Positions 19,305 through 28,537 of a DNA stretch of 40,329 nucleotides are shown piece after piece (position 1 is the stretch's first letter; every line of letters begins with the position of its first letter). The position numbers and the translations under genes are program-made. Origin of the DNA: a virus. Lineage: Duplodnaviria > Caudoviricetes. Location: IMG/VR virus record IMGVR_UViG_3300029183_000010, positions 1 to 40,329 of that record; one strand, given 5' to 3'. The notes under the pieces were generated by a model that searched no databases, was not told the DNA's origin, and saw only the letters and a program-made list of their open reading frames with translations.

Positions 19305-19534
19305 CAGATTAATCCTTTCTTTTTTGCCAGCCAGTAAGGAACAGTAACTGTTGCACATCCTTTGCTGTCTACTTCTGAAACTTCTATTTGAGAGACAGGA
19401 AGCCAGATCCATTTTTCCCTTTTGGGTTTGTCCTGATCCTCTTGAGGCTCATAATCGCCCTGCCAGAATGCCTGACCGTTCCCCTTGATCCTTCGTGGCT
19501 CAAGTGCCAGCTCTACCGTGTCATCTCTGCTCAT
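19304..19534 (-). CDS. Conserved small phage protein
   Basis: WLPVSQIE...VTVPYWLAKKKGL motif; start revised to ATG 19534. Confidence 0.65.
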   Translation of the reverse strand: MSRDDTVELALEPRRIKGNGQAFWQGDYEPQEDQDKPKREKWIWLPVSQIEVSEVDSKGCATVTVPYWLAKKKGLI

Positions 19535-19886
19535 CGGTTTTGTCTCTTCTTTGCTGTGCTGACTTATCAGAATAAGAGCGTCCATACCTTATCCTGAGCT
19601 TATCTGCATTTTTGGTGATGATCTCGTGACGTGGGATTTGAAGCCTGTACCTTAAACGCTGCATGTAAAACTCAAGATCGCCAAGCTCTTCAATGACATT
19701 ATCCAGATCAAGTGGCTGTCCGTATATGACATGTTTTTTTATGGCATCTAAAAGCTCACCAGCTTCACCAGATATACCTAAGACAGCATGAATCATATCA
19801 ACCTTTTCAGGTGTCAATGTGTTCAAGATCTCAGTAGGGCTTTTTGTCAGATCATTTACCAACGATCCATAGTCAAAACTTTCCAT
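19521..19886 (-). CDS. mazG: MazG-like nucleotide pyrophosphohydrolase
   Basis: LGISGEAGELLD.IKK, EELGDL, N..KL..RY motifs. Confidence 0.9.
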   Translation of the reverse strand: MESFDYGSLVNDLTKSPTEILNTLTPEKVDMIHAVLGISGEAGELLDAIKKHVIYGQPLDLDNVIEELGDLEFYMQRLRYRLQIPRHEIITKNADKLRIRYGRSYSDKSAQQRRDKTDEQR

Positions 19887-19903
19887 GTTTCTCAGTCCTT
19901 ATT

Positions 19904-20827
19904 TTAGTTATGCACACCCATAAACAACGGCAATCCAGTTTTCTCTGCAATCAGATTGCACGTTTCATTGAATACGCTATCAAACAGATCTTCAATGCGG
20001 TAAATGTCATAAGCAAACTTTACGCTTCCATCTTTTACGCGGTATCTCAAACGCACCGCTACGCGGTATCTGAGGCCCATCTCAAAGATCGGGATATTGA
20101 TCATAAAGAAATTAGGAATGCTCACCTTAGATCCGTACTCATCCGTATGCTCAGAAGTAAACTGAATTTCTGTTTCACCTGTGCTCGTGACGAATTTTTG
20201 CTTGACGTTCTCATTGTTTTTCAGGCTGAGGCCACGTGACATTTCAAGCATTCTGATTGGATCTGCAAATAGAGGTTTCAGGTCTGTGTACTTTTCCATG
20301 TCTGACTGATCAGCAGCTGCCAGATCAATAAGGTTATCTTCGATGAAGTATGCAAAGCTGGACTGATCCATAAGCCTTGTGTTGTTCTCAATCCATCTCT
20401 TAAACTCTTTGGATATAGGGAAATTATATGATGCCCTGTGATCACAATTATCTGCATCTTGCACTTGTGATGTCGATGGATGGAAGTCAAAAACTGTGTA
20501 AATACTTGCAGAAATATGGGATCCGTTGACCTTGCCGCGTGCAAATAGTGCAGAGTTTTCTGACTTAAACCTGTTTGTGTAGTCGATAAACGATTCCTTT
20601 CGATCAAGAACAGCACCATCAGTCCTGCGTTTTGGCCTGTCCAGATATTCATCAAGAATATCCTTGACACTTTCCACCTTCATGTTTTCAGGAACAAGAA
20701 GAGCTTGCACTGCCTTAACTGACTGACCATCTTCCCCTTTTTGAATATACTGATCAAAAACCTGAACAAGCTGAGGCTTCTGGTTTTCGTTCACAATAGA
20801 TGCTATTTCTTTGATTTCATTGGACAT
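19904..20827 (-). CDS. DUF2303 (YfdQ-like) protein
   Basis: SFIDY, FDFH, DQSSFAYFIEDN, IPIF...RLRYR motifs; start revised to ATG 20827. Confidence 0.85.
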   Translation of the reverse strand: MSNEIKEIASIVNENQKPQLVQVFDQYIQKGEDGQSVKAVQALLVPENMKVESVKDILDEYLDRPKRRTDGAVLDRKESFIDYTNRFKSENSALFARGKVNGSHISASIYTVFDFHPSTSQVQDADNCDHRASYNFPISKEFKRWIENNTRLMDQSSFAYFIEDNLIDLAAADQSDMEKYTDLKPLFADPIRMLEMSRGLSLKNNENVKQKFVTSTGETEIQFTSEHTDEYGSKVSIPNFFMINIPIFEMGLRYRVAVRLRYRVKDGSVKFAYDIYRIEDLFDSVFNETCNLIAEKTGLPLFMGVHN

Positions 20828-20882
20828 TTTAAATTTCCTTTTATCTGATGTTAATTTTTTCAACTTAATTTGATGGACATAA

Positions 20883-21239
20883 TCACGCTATGCCGTTGCG
20901 TCTTTCCCTGATCTCGTCAAGAGGCAGCTTGTGCTGCCTTGGATCTTCGCGTGAAAGCCTGTTCTCTGGCGTGACAAAGTACATGCTCTTGCCTTTTGGC
21001 CTATCAGGAAGCTTTGTTTTTATCGTAGGGCTGACCTCAACCAGATGATCATCAAGTGAAAAATCAAGTGTAATTATTAGCTTTGCCTTTGGCTTACCGC
21101 CAAAATCGCCTCGGTATTCACTGAGGTCAGCAACTATTTCCTGCACCTTATCGGTCAGCTCATCATGAGTTTTACCGTAATTGAGTGATGTCATAAATTG
21201 TGTAAATGAACGCAGTGATTTTTCTTCTGGATCTGACAC
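20883..21239 (-). CDS. Conserved partner gene of DUF2303
   Basis: YFVTPENRLSREDPRQHKLP motif; AAGGAG RBS before GTG 21239. Confidence 0.75.
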   Translation of the reverse strand: MSDPEEKSLRSFTQFMTSLNYGKTHDELTDKVQEIVADLSEYRGDFGGKPKAKLIITLDFSLDDHLVEVSPTIKTKLPDRPKGKSMYFVTPENRLSREDPRQHKLPLDEIRERRNGIA

Positions 21240-21255
21240 GTCTTTCTCCTTTTGG

Positions 21256-21543
21256 TTAGTTTTCAAGTGGTTTATCATCACCTTCAAGAACACGATTTTT
21301 ATAGATCTCGTACCCTATCTTGTGAATTTTATCATAGACAGCATTCCTGACCTGATTGACACACCAAAGCGTATGGCTTTCAAGCGATTTGTAAATTGTG
21401 TTTGTAATCGCAGATTCAACAAAGTTTTTCTCATACTCATCAGCCAGATCATTGTACATATCAACAAGCTCGTTGAAAGCTCTGACAGCTTGATCCTTGG
21501 TGGTGGATGCGTCAAGTTTATTGAATCTCGGTCTATGGCTCAT
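21256..21543 (-). CDS. Hypothetical protein
   Basis: Preceded by the AGGACTGAGA motif; tiles the operon. Confidence 0.65.
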   Translation of the reverse strand: MSHRPRFNKLDASTTKDQAVRAFNELVDMYNDLADEYEKNFVESAITNTIYKSLESHTLWCVNQVRNAVYDKIHKIGYEIYKNRVLEGDDKPLEN

Positions 21544-21552
21544 GTCTCAGTC

Positions 21553-21687
21553 CTATGGATTAAATACAGCGTAGCAGTGGCTTTCACTGTGGCCATCGGC
21601 AATGCAGTTCTGTATATCCTGACCGTTAAGCCATCCTACAAATAAAATCATTCCGATTATTACGCTGATAATTGTGATTGTTTTCAT
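21553..21687 (-). CDS. 44-aa membrane-anchored peptide with a Cys pair (not in ORF track)
   Basis: MKTITIISVIIGMILFVGWLNGQDIQNCIADGHSESHCYAVFNP; AGAGGA RBS; fills an operon gap. Confidence 0.6.
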   Translation of the reverse strand: MKTITIISVIIGMILFVGWLNGQDIQNCIADGHSESHCYAVFNP

Positions 21688-21744
21688 GGTGCATTCCTCT
21701 TCTGGTTTGTACATTTAAACCTTAATTCTATTTATGGCACAAGG

Positions 21745-22311
21745 TCAAGAGGGAATTTCACTTTTTACCTGAAATTTATTTGTTTCATTGCCCCAAACGT
21801 CCCATCCTTCCCATGACTGCCTTGCAAACATCTCAAGGTACGGGCCATCAAAAAGAGCCTCAATGTTGCTGTATTGCTGATCTGGCTTCCTACTGTGCTC
21901 TCTGCGCTTTGCCATGATAAAATCACGCACGCTGGCACTCTTGCGCTTAGGGCTTCCTCTGGTTGCCAACAGGCATGGCTCAAGGTTTTTGCGTGTTCCG
22001 TACCCACCGCCAAAAGAATACTTTCCTGTTTCATCGTTGTACTTGATCCATTCCCATGCAAGGCCCTTGTAGGTAAAGCCCCATGCATTGATGACTTTCT
22101 CAGCCTGAAAGATTGTAGGCCACGTGCACCAGATGAACAGGGCACAGTCATCAGCAGCTGCAAACGTCACAGGAATTTTGCAAATATCGTCAATGCTCAT
22201 GCACGAATAATGCTGATTAGGGTTTTTCTTCTCACCTTTTTTTGACCAGTTTTCAAATGACCACGGTGGATCTGCAAGAATAACACCGTATTTCAACACA
22301 GGAAAGCTCAT
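21745..22311 (-). CDS. MT-A70 family N6-adenine methyltransferase
   Basis: ILADPPW, HSRKP, YLEMFAR, GWDVWGNE motifs; ATGA overlap at 22311. Confidence 0.92.
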   Translation of the reverse strand: MSFPVLKYGVILADPPWSFENWSKKGEKKNPNQHYSCMSIDDICKIPVTFAAADDCALFIWCTWPTIFQAEKVINAWGFTYKGLAWEWIKYNDETGKYSFGGGYGTRKNLEPCLLATRGSPKRKSASVRDFIMAKRREHSRKPDQQYSNIEALFDGPYLEMFARQSWEGWDVWGNETNKFQVKSEIPS

Positions 22312-22712
22312 GATGAAGTGTACGGTGAAATCGTATAGATGATTCCGTTTGTCTGGTCTGACCACTCACAGCTGAAAGAGCTGACCAGATCATCATCTTT
22401 CAGCAGTCCTACGTTGACCAGAAAATCTATGCTTTGCTTCGTGTGGTTTGTCAGATCTCTTGGATTTTTCGATATGCCTTTTTTGACATTCTGCGTGATG
22501 AGCATCTCAACCCTGACAGGGCATGAATAGCAGACAACTGGCTTTCTGTCTCTGATCCACTGATTTCTGATTAATACATATTCCCATCCAGCAGTTTTAA
22601 GCCATGCTTTGTATTTACTGCTTTTGTGGCGTTTGCCGTTCGGTGATGTGATGTACATGTGGTTATCTGTGCACAGTGGCAAAGATACCTCAAAAGTTGT
22701 TTCGTAATCCAT
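22308..22712 (-). CDS. rusA: RusA-like Holliday junction resolvase
   Basis: RDLTNHTK..IDFL...G...DD motif. Confidence 0.75.
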   Translation of the reverse strand: MDYETTFEVSLPLCTDNHMYITSPNGKRHKSSKYKAWLKTAGWEYVLIRNQWIRDRKPVVCYSCPVRVEMLITQNVKKGISKNPRDLTNHTKQSIDFLVNVGLLKDDDLVSSFSCEWSDQTNGIIYTISPYTSS

Positions 22713-22726
22713 GTTTTTTACTTTCG

Positions 22727-23365
22727 TTAATATCTTTCATAGCCTTCAAGCTCATCAGGCTTGGGCCATTCAATCAGGTTGTTTTCACAGTGTTCCTTGA
22801 GAACGGAAACAGGTGGATACCAATTTGATTTTTCAATGCTTATGCAATCAAAAATACCAAGGCATACGGCATACTCTGGAAGGCCAAAGAGCACACCAGC
22901 ATCATCAGCAAACCTCAATGGCCTCTTGCTTTCATCCATTCTCATGTCTTTGTTGATTGCCAAAAATCTGGCAAGGTAATCAACTATGATTTTTTTATCC
23001 AGAGGAAGAGAAGCCAGTTCAAGATAGTTTTTCAGATCTTCTGTCATCTCAGGAAATTCATATCTGAAATGCCTGTCATAGATTGCAATATCGTTCTCAT
23101 CATATCCAACACGCTTGAATTTACCCCAAAATTTCTTTGGCTTTTTCTCCTGCATCAGAGATCTGATTGACGCTGCCTGATCCCTCATTGCTATAAGCGT
23201 TTGAGCGTTTACCTGACCTTTCGTATTCGTAGGTTTCATCATGGCCCTTGTCTCTGAGCCACCGCCAAGGGTCAGCTGGCAGCTCTCCTGTTTCTCGGCA
23301 GTACCGTTTGTATTCTCTGATACTCTTTGCAAGATCTCCAATGATGTGTTTCCAATCTTCTGCAT
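22727..23365 (-). CDS. Replication-associated protein, possible helicase loader (true start probably downstream of 23365)
   Basis: Follows the initiator gene; LPEYAV...WYPPVSVL resembles lambda P-like loaders; long overlap makes the start uncertain. Confidence 0.45.
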   Translation of the reverse strand: MQKIGNTSLEILQRVSENTNGTAEKQESCQLTLGGGSETRAMMKPTNTKGQVNAQTLIAMRDQAASIRSLMQEKKPKKFWGKFKRVGYDENDIAIYDRHFRYEFPEMTEDLKNYLELASLPLDKKIIVDYLARFLAINKDMRMDESKRPLRFADDAGVLFGLPEYAVCLGIFDCISIEKSNWYPPVSVLKEHCENNLIEWPKPDELEGYERY

Positions 23366-24005
23366 TGTTTCCTCTTTCTTTTAAGATTTTTATGATCTGG
23401 TCAGACATCTTTGACTTACCCCTGATCCTTCGGCCTATACGCGGGTATGCCTTCCAGAGCATATCCACTACTTCATCATATTTTAGAAACCTTCCATCAA
23501 GTGCCAAGTAAGTGGCATCCTTTGGATGGCACGACTCTTTACCGTTAGGTAAAGATATATGTGTGGGTGTGGGTGTGGGTGCACCTGCATTGGATGGTTT
23601 TTGCATATGCATTTGCATAGGTGGTTTCCCTTTACTTTCAGGCACTTGGCTTTTTCCCCATCGTGCCTTGGCAGCTGCCCTGCGTTTTTCGGTTTTTTCC
23701 GTGACATACTGGTATTCTTTGAGCAAACGCTTTTGTGACCAATACTTTGAGCCACTTTCACCATGTGTGCCAGCATAAAGGGTGCAAAACTCTTGCAGTA
23801 TCGGGTGCACATGCTTTGCATATGCAAGTGCATCAAGCCTAAGACGTTTACATATCCACTGAGCATCATCGGGAATTTTACAATCTGGACTACGCCACAT
23901 CAGGATTAAAAGCCTGATATACCTTCCAAACTCTTCATCGGTTAGATGATGCGTGTCAGCAAGCAGGGCATCCGTGAATACAGGCAGTGCTGGAAACTTT
24001 GCCAT
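23121..24005 (-). CDS. YdaU/DUF1376 family replication initiator
   Basis: DALLADTHHLTDEEFGRYIRLL..MW, SQKRL, AAAKARW, WKAYPR motifs. Confidence 0.88.
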   Translation of the reverse strand: MAKFPALPVFTDALLADTHHLTDEEFGRYIRLLILMWRSPDCKIPDDAQWICKRLRLDALAYAKHVHPILQEFCTLYAGTHGESGSKYWSQKRLLKEYQYVTEKTEKRRAAAKARWGKSQVPESKGKPPMQMHMQKPSNAGAPTPTPTHISLPNGKESCHPKDATYLALDGRFLKYDEVVDMLWKAYPRIGRRIRGKSKMSDQIIKILKERGNNAEDWKHIIGDLAKSIREYKRYCRETGELPADPWRWLRDKGHDETYEYERSGKRSNAYSNEGSGSVNQISDAGEKAKEILG

Positions 24006-24229
24006 TACTCACCTGTCTCTTTAAGAAATCCCTCAACCATTTCAATGTTTTGAATGCGCGGCTGCTGCTTTCCGTTGATCCACAAGCTGAATGTCGGCTC
24101 ACTGAGGCCGTGTGCATCACAGAAATCCTTCTGTGTCCTGTACCCTGCTTTCTTGATGCGCCATGCCCATGTTGAAACCAAAACACCAAGCTCACCTTCG
24201 TTCATATCCTTTATTTCTTTATTGCTCAT
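24005..24229 (-). CDS. Cro-like XRE helix-turn-helix regulator
   Basis: TQKDFCDAHGLSEPTFSLWINGKQQP; first gene of the leftward operon. Confidence 0.85.
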   Translation of the reverse strand: MSNKEIKDMNEGELGVLVSTWAWRIKKAGYRTQKDFCDAHGLSEPTFSLWINGKQQPRIQNIEMVEGFLKETGE

Positions 24230-24291
24230 TTTTTCCTCGTTTGTGTTGTGTTCAATAATTTAATTACTACTTTATCACACAAACAGAATTT

Positions 24292-24340
24292 ATAAACAAT
24301 AATTTTTTTATTGATCTTTAGTTTGAAAGTGGTATTATAA
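24292..24340 (+). promoter_or_regulatory. Rightward sigma70-like promoter in the divergent control region
   Basis: AT-rich UP element, TTGATC, extended -10 TGGTATTAT. Confidence 0.55.
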
Positions 24341-24376
24341 GGATGTACATTAACCAACAATCAAAGAGAAAATATT

Positions 24377-24838
24377 ATGCATACAGACAGATATGGCAAA
24401 GGCTGCCAGATTTCAGCACCTGTTTTTCCAAAGAAATCAGATCAGGAATACCCTGACTTTGATCCTATACAACTTCCTGAGTTTGAGGATGCACAAGATG
24501 TCCAATCAGAGCTTGACGCGGCTGAGAAAGCTTTATTCAAGTACAAGAAAGTTTTGGAATACATCAACATGGCTGATGCCTTGACTGATGGGATTGGCAC
24601 AAACGATCTTCTTTACGATCTCATGACAGAGCACGACTCTGTTCCTACTTACGAGGATTGCACGATTGATGTGATCAGTCATGTCAAAGCGCACATCAAC
24701 GTACAGATTGCAAAGTTCACGCACTACGTCAAACAGCTTGAGATTGAGCATAAGCACTATCTTTCAGAGCAAAGACGGATCGAGAAATACGGAACGTATG
24801 AAGATGAGGTCAGAAGCTACTTTTACAAAACGAGGTAA
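24377..24838 (+). CDS. Hypothetical early protein
   Basis: First ORF after the promoter; AGAG RBS-like sequence. Confidence 0.7.
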   Translation: MHTDRYGKGCQISAPVFPKKSDQEYPDFDPIQLPEFEDAQDVQSELDAAEKALFKYKKVLEYINMADALTDGIGTNDLLYDLMTEHDSVPTYEDCTIDVISHVKAHINVQIAKFTHYVKQLEIEHKHYLSEQRRIEKYGTYEDEVRSYFYKTR

Positions 24839-24840
24839 AG

Positions 24841-25239
24841 ATGGAAAAACCACTGACAGCTGCTGAGGCCATGCAACGTGCCGATGAAGCGAATCAAAGG
24901 CTGAATGAAGTTTACGGGATCTTGCAAGGTCAGCTTTTAAGTGACCTTACTATGTCCGTATTTGAGACAATGAAAAAGCATGAGTTGCTGCCTGACGGTG
25001 ACTTGAAAGTAACAAACTACCCTATGGAGAAAATTTATATGAGCACTGACATTATTATCAGAGAAGAAATTGACACAGAGGTTCTCGGCACTTTGCAAGT
25101 AGAAGTTGAAGGTGAGTACATCAGGCTAAGTGAGAAAACTTCTCAGGTAACATTTACACACCAAGAATGGGAGAAAATAAATGCGATCTATAACAACTAT
25201 AAAGAGACAGTCAGTGACTACAAGAACAGAAGAGGCTGA
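24841..25239 (+). CDS. Hypothetical early protein
   Basis: GAGG RBS; tiles the operon. Confidence 0.7.
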   Translation: MEKPLTAAEAMQRADEANQRLNEVYGILQGQLLSDLTMSVFETMKKHELLPDGDLKVTNYPMEKIYMSTDIIIREEIDTEVLGTLQVEVEGEYIRLSEKTSQVTFTHQEWEKINAIYNNYKETVSDYKNRRG

Positions 25240-25750
25240 TCTATTTATTAAAACAGCCAGAGACTTTTCTCGGCACGCGCATAAAGATCAGAAACGCAAG
25301 TACACAGGTGAGCCGTATTTCAACCACTGCCAAGAGGTTGCAGATCTTGTTGAGCAATACGGCTGGCATCATCACCACAACGTAGCAGCAGCCTATTTGC
25401 ATGATGTGGTTGAAGATTGTTCCGTTTCTCTTGGGGAAATATATAACGCTTTTGGAAAAGAAGTTTTTGAGCGTGTGTTCTGGCTTACCGATGTCAGCAA
25501 AGGCTGTGATGGAAACAGGGAAATCAGAAAATCGATTGACCGAATGCACATCCTTGGAAGCCGATCACTGGCAGTCTACGTCATCAAGTGTGCTGATCTC
25601 ATCAGCAATACACAGAGCATCCAGCAACACGATCCAGATTTTGCAAAGATATACCTGAAAGAGAAAAGAGATCTTCTCATGGGTATGGCTTCAAACATGC
25701 CATTGATTGTGCATGAGCCTATTTATAAAGCTGCTCTGAAATTAATCTGA
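25181..25750 (+). CDS. HD-domain small alarmone hydrolase-like protein (SpoT/Mesh1 type)
   Basis: AHKDQKRKYTGEPYFNH, AYLHDVVED, LTD, IKCADLISN motifs. Confidence 0.88.
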   Translation: MRSITTIKRQSVTTRTEEADLFIKTARDFSRHAHKDQKRKYTGEPYFNHCQEVADLVEQYGWHHHHNVAAAYLHDVVEDCSVSLGEIYNAFGKEVFERVFWLTDVSKGCDGNREIRKSIDRMHILGSRSLAVYVIKCADLISNTQSIQQHDPDFAKIYLKEKRDLLMGMASNMPLIVHEPIYKAALKLI

Positions 25751-25798
25751 ATAAACATTAATTTTATTATTGACTTGTGTTTTATTCTGTGTCATTAT
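25751..25798 (+). promoter_or_regulatory. Internal sigma70-like promoter
   Basis: TTGACT-17 nt-CATTAT with TG extension; upstream element resembles 24292-24316. Confidence 0.6.
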
Positions 25799-25842
25799 TC
25801 TAGTGTAGGTTGATTTTTTAACTAACACAAAGGACTGAGAAA

Positions 25843-26376
25843 ATGACAAAATATCTAAGCTGTGCAGAGACTGCCAAGCTCGTAAGAAAAGCTCTCAAAG
25901 AAAACTTTCCAAGTACAAAATTCAGTGTGAGATCCAACACATATGCTGGCGGTGCAAGCATTGATGTAAGCTGGAACAATGGCCCTGCCTATGAACAGGT
26001 AAACAAAATTGTAAAGGGTTTTGAGGGTGCTGGTTTTGATGGGATGCAAGATTACAAGTATTACATCAGACACTGGATGCTTCCTGATGGAAGTCTCGTG
26101 ACAGCAAGCTCGGAAGGTTACAGGAACGATCAGGACAAGCCTCATGAAGATGCAGAGCTGATCAGCTTCGGTGCTGATTATATCTTTTGCAGAAGAGATA
26201 TTGATCTGTCTTACAAAGTTGAGGCAGCTCAAAAGATCCTGACTGATTGGGGAATTGAGGCAGAAGATATGACAGAAGATGACTACTATCAGAAAGCATC
26301 AATGATCAGAGTAGGCAGTGAGTTTCTGACTGATCACATTTACAGACACTTTGTTAATCTTTCGATTACTGGATAG
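25843..26376 (+). CDS. LPD29-like (large polyvalent protein-associated domain) protein
   Basis: AKLVRKALK.NFP.TKFSVRS...SIDVSW..GP...FDGMQD motif. Confidence 0.75.
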   Translation: MTKYLSCAETAKLVRKALKENFPSTKFSVRSNTYAGGASIDVSWNNGPAYEQVNKIVKGFEGAGFDGMQDYKYYIRHWMLPDGSLVTASSEGYRNDQDKPHEDAELISFGADYIFCRRDIDLSYKVEAAQKILTDWGIEAEDMTEDDYYQKASMIRVGSEFLTDHIYRHFVNLSITG

Positions 26377-26384
26377 GAGGTAAC

Positions 26385-26600
26385 ATGGAAATAGGAACAC
26401 ACAAAAGCTTGAGCGATAAAAACACTCAAAATGATTGGATCAATGCAGCAAGAGATTCTGTCCAAGAGATATATGACTTTGCAACCAAAGATCTGGAAAT
26501 GAGCCATGAGCAGGCCATTGCCTATGTCAGACAGAACAGCTGTGCAAGCATGAAAATAATTAATGAAATATGTGTTGACATTAATTTAATTAAGGCTTAA
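26385..26600 (+). CDS. Hypothetical protein
   Basis: GGAGG RBS. Confidence 0.65.
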   Translation: MEIGTHKSLSDKNTQNDWINAARDSVQEIYDFATKDLEMSHEQAIAYVRQNSCASMKIINEICVDINLIKA

Positions 26601-26635
26601 AAAGAAAGAGTACAGACAACCAAGAGGAGAAAAAA

Positions 26636-26857
26636 ATGACCGTTGAAACGATAAACACCATTAAAACCAATGCAACATATAAAGCTGTCCTTGCTGACAG
26701 TTTCGGCGGTTGCATTTATAATGTTGCAAACCGAGGAAAATATAATCCAACAAGTGTTGACTGGATCATACAGGCATGGGATGGGCTAACACCTAGCCAG
26801 CAAAGCAGTGCTGGCGGGATCATGAGAGGTGCTGTTGCCTTCCTGAAAGGTGAGTAA
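26636..26857 (+). CDS. Hypothetical protein
   Basis: AAGAGGAG RBS; TTGACA at 26575 upstream. Confidence 0.7.
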   Translation: MTVETINTIKTNATYKAVLADSFGGCIYNVANRGKYNPTSVDWIIQAWDGLTPSQQSSAGGIMRGAVAFLKGE

Positions 26858-26886
26858 AACCTAACACCAATAAGAGGAGAAAAAAA

Positions 26887-27180
26887 ATGAAAGCAACACT
26901 TACTTTTTCAGACAGAAATCAGGCACACAGATTTGCTACGGCTTGGTCCTTCTATTCACTGCGCGGTCATGTGATGGGATCTGGCACTGAGATTGTCACT
27001 GTCACACTTTACGATGTAACTGATGAAGATAGATTATGGATTGATGCGTACGTTGCGCGATTAAGAGAGTCTATATATGGGACGCTTGAAGCCTTAGAGC
27101 TGGCAATCTCAAAAGACATGCTTTCTGGTGAGGTCAAAGATGTCGCGCAGAAAGCCATAGCAAAAGCGCGGGGTTTATGA
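26887..27180 (+). CDS. Hypothetical protein
   Basis: AAGAGGAG RBS; C-terminal AIAKARG typical of phage early genes. Confidence 0.7.
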   Translation: MKATLTFSDRNQAHRFATAWSFYSLRGHVMGSGTEIVTVTLYDVTDEDRLWIDAYVARLRESIYGTLEALELAISKDMLSGEVKDVAQKAIAKARGL

Positions 27181-27183
27181 TTA

Positions 27184-28239
27184 ATGCTTGAACAGGGAAT
27201 ATACTTTCAGCTGGATGAGGAAGAGTATCACGCTCTTCCTGCCCTCGGCTCAACTAACATCAAGGATCTTCTCTGCAATCCTGTAAACTTCTATGCAAGA
27301 TCTTGGATGAATCCCTACAAAGAGGAAGATGAGGAAGAGAACAAGTCAGAAGCAAAGACAATAGGGAATGCATACCATGCCAGAATACTTGAGGGAAAGG
27401 ATGCTTTCTATTCTCGGTTTGTGGCGTGTTTTGATGCCTCTGAATACCCTGATGCTTATGTCAGTACCGATGACATTAAAGAACGCCTCAGAGAGCTTAA
27501 AGAGGCCGATCCAGATATAAGGCTGACAGGAAGAAAAGAGTTTTTGATTGAGCAGCTCAAAATGGCTGATCCTGATTCCGAGATCCTTGATGTCATCAGA
27601 TCTGACTATGAAGAGCTTTACGAAGGCATGACCTTTTTGACACAGAAACAAATAGACAGGATAGAGTACGCAGCAGCCATGATTGAAAACCATCCTGAGC
27701 TGAGAAAGTGTTTTCAAGGAGGGTATCCAGAAGTCTCTGTCATATGGGAACATCCAGAGCATAAAGGCGTGATGCTGAAATCACGTATAGATTACTTAAA
27801 GGTCAAGGCTTTTGTTGATCTTAAAACATTCGCTAACAAATACGGAAAGCCCACTGAGAGAGCCATATACTCTGAAATGGGAAACTATAAATACCATATT
27901 CAGGCGTGCCACTATTGGGACAGCCTTGATGCAGCTGTGAAATTTGCAAAACGCGGTCAGGTTTTTGGTGATGTTGATTCATCTTGGATCAAGCGTTTCT
28001 CTGAAACCAAAGACTTTGATATGTACTACGTATTCCAGCAAAAAGGCATTGCACCACTTGCGCGCGGTAAGAAGTTTAAAAGAGGATCTATTTATCATTG
28101 CGGTGTGACTGCGATTGAACAGGCCATAGATCTTTACGTTGAAAACCTGAAACGATTCGGAACAGGTCAATGGGTTGATATGACACCAATCACTGACTTT
28201 CATGATGATGAGTTTCCAATACATACAGTGGAATTGTGA
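27184..28239 (+). CDS. RecE-like PD-(D/E)XK exonuclease (DUF3799)
   Basis: EYHA, GNAYHARILE, EVSVIW, KSRIDYL, VDLKT, YHIQA.HY motifs. Confidence 0.88.
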   Translation: MLEQGIYFQLDEEEYHALPALGSTNIKDLLCNPVNFYARSWMNPYKEEDEEENKSEAKTIGNAYHARILEGKDAFYSRFVACFDASEYPDAYVSTDDIKERLRELKEADPDIRLTGRKEFLIEQLKMADPDSEILDVIRSDYEELYEGMTFLTQKQIDRIEYAAAMIENHPELRKCFQGGYPEVSVIWEHPEHKGVMLKSRIDYLKVKAFVDLKTFANKYGKPTERAIYSEMGNYKYHIQACHYWDSLDAAVKFAKRGQVFGDVDSSWIKRFSETKDFDMYYVFQQKGIAPLARGKKFKRGSIYHCGVTAIEQAIDLYVENLKRFGTGQWVDMTPITDFHDDEFPIHTVEL

Positions 28240-28240
28240 T

Positions 28241-28537
28241 ATGTGGAATTTATTTAAAAGACTTTTTAAGAAAGTTAAGCCATGCAAATGCGGGTGGAAA
28301 TGTGATGATAAATTTATTCAGATCAATAAAACATGGAGTATAGAACAAAAGTGTCTTGGTGCAACACTGTCATGGGCTGCAACACCTGTTCCATTGTATA
28401 AATGGACTAAAACGTGCCTTAAATGTGGGAGAAAAGAAATAACAAGTGGTTATGTTCCGCTCAAGAGTTTTCCCAAAGATGAAAACGGATGGCCTTTAAA
28501 TGAAGATGGAACGAAAATGGAGATAGCAAATGACTGA
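28241..28537 (+). CDS. Cys-containing hypothetical protein (possible Zn ribbon)
   Basis: CKC and CLKC motifs; start revised to ATG 28241. Confidence 0.55.
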   Translation: MWNLFKRLFKKVKPCKCGWKCDDKFIQINKTWSIEQKCLGATLSWAATPVPLYKWTKTCLKCGRKEITSGYVPLKSFPKDENGWPLNEDGTKMEIAND

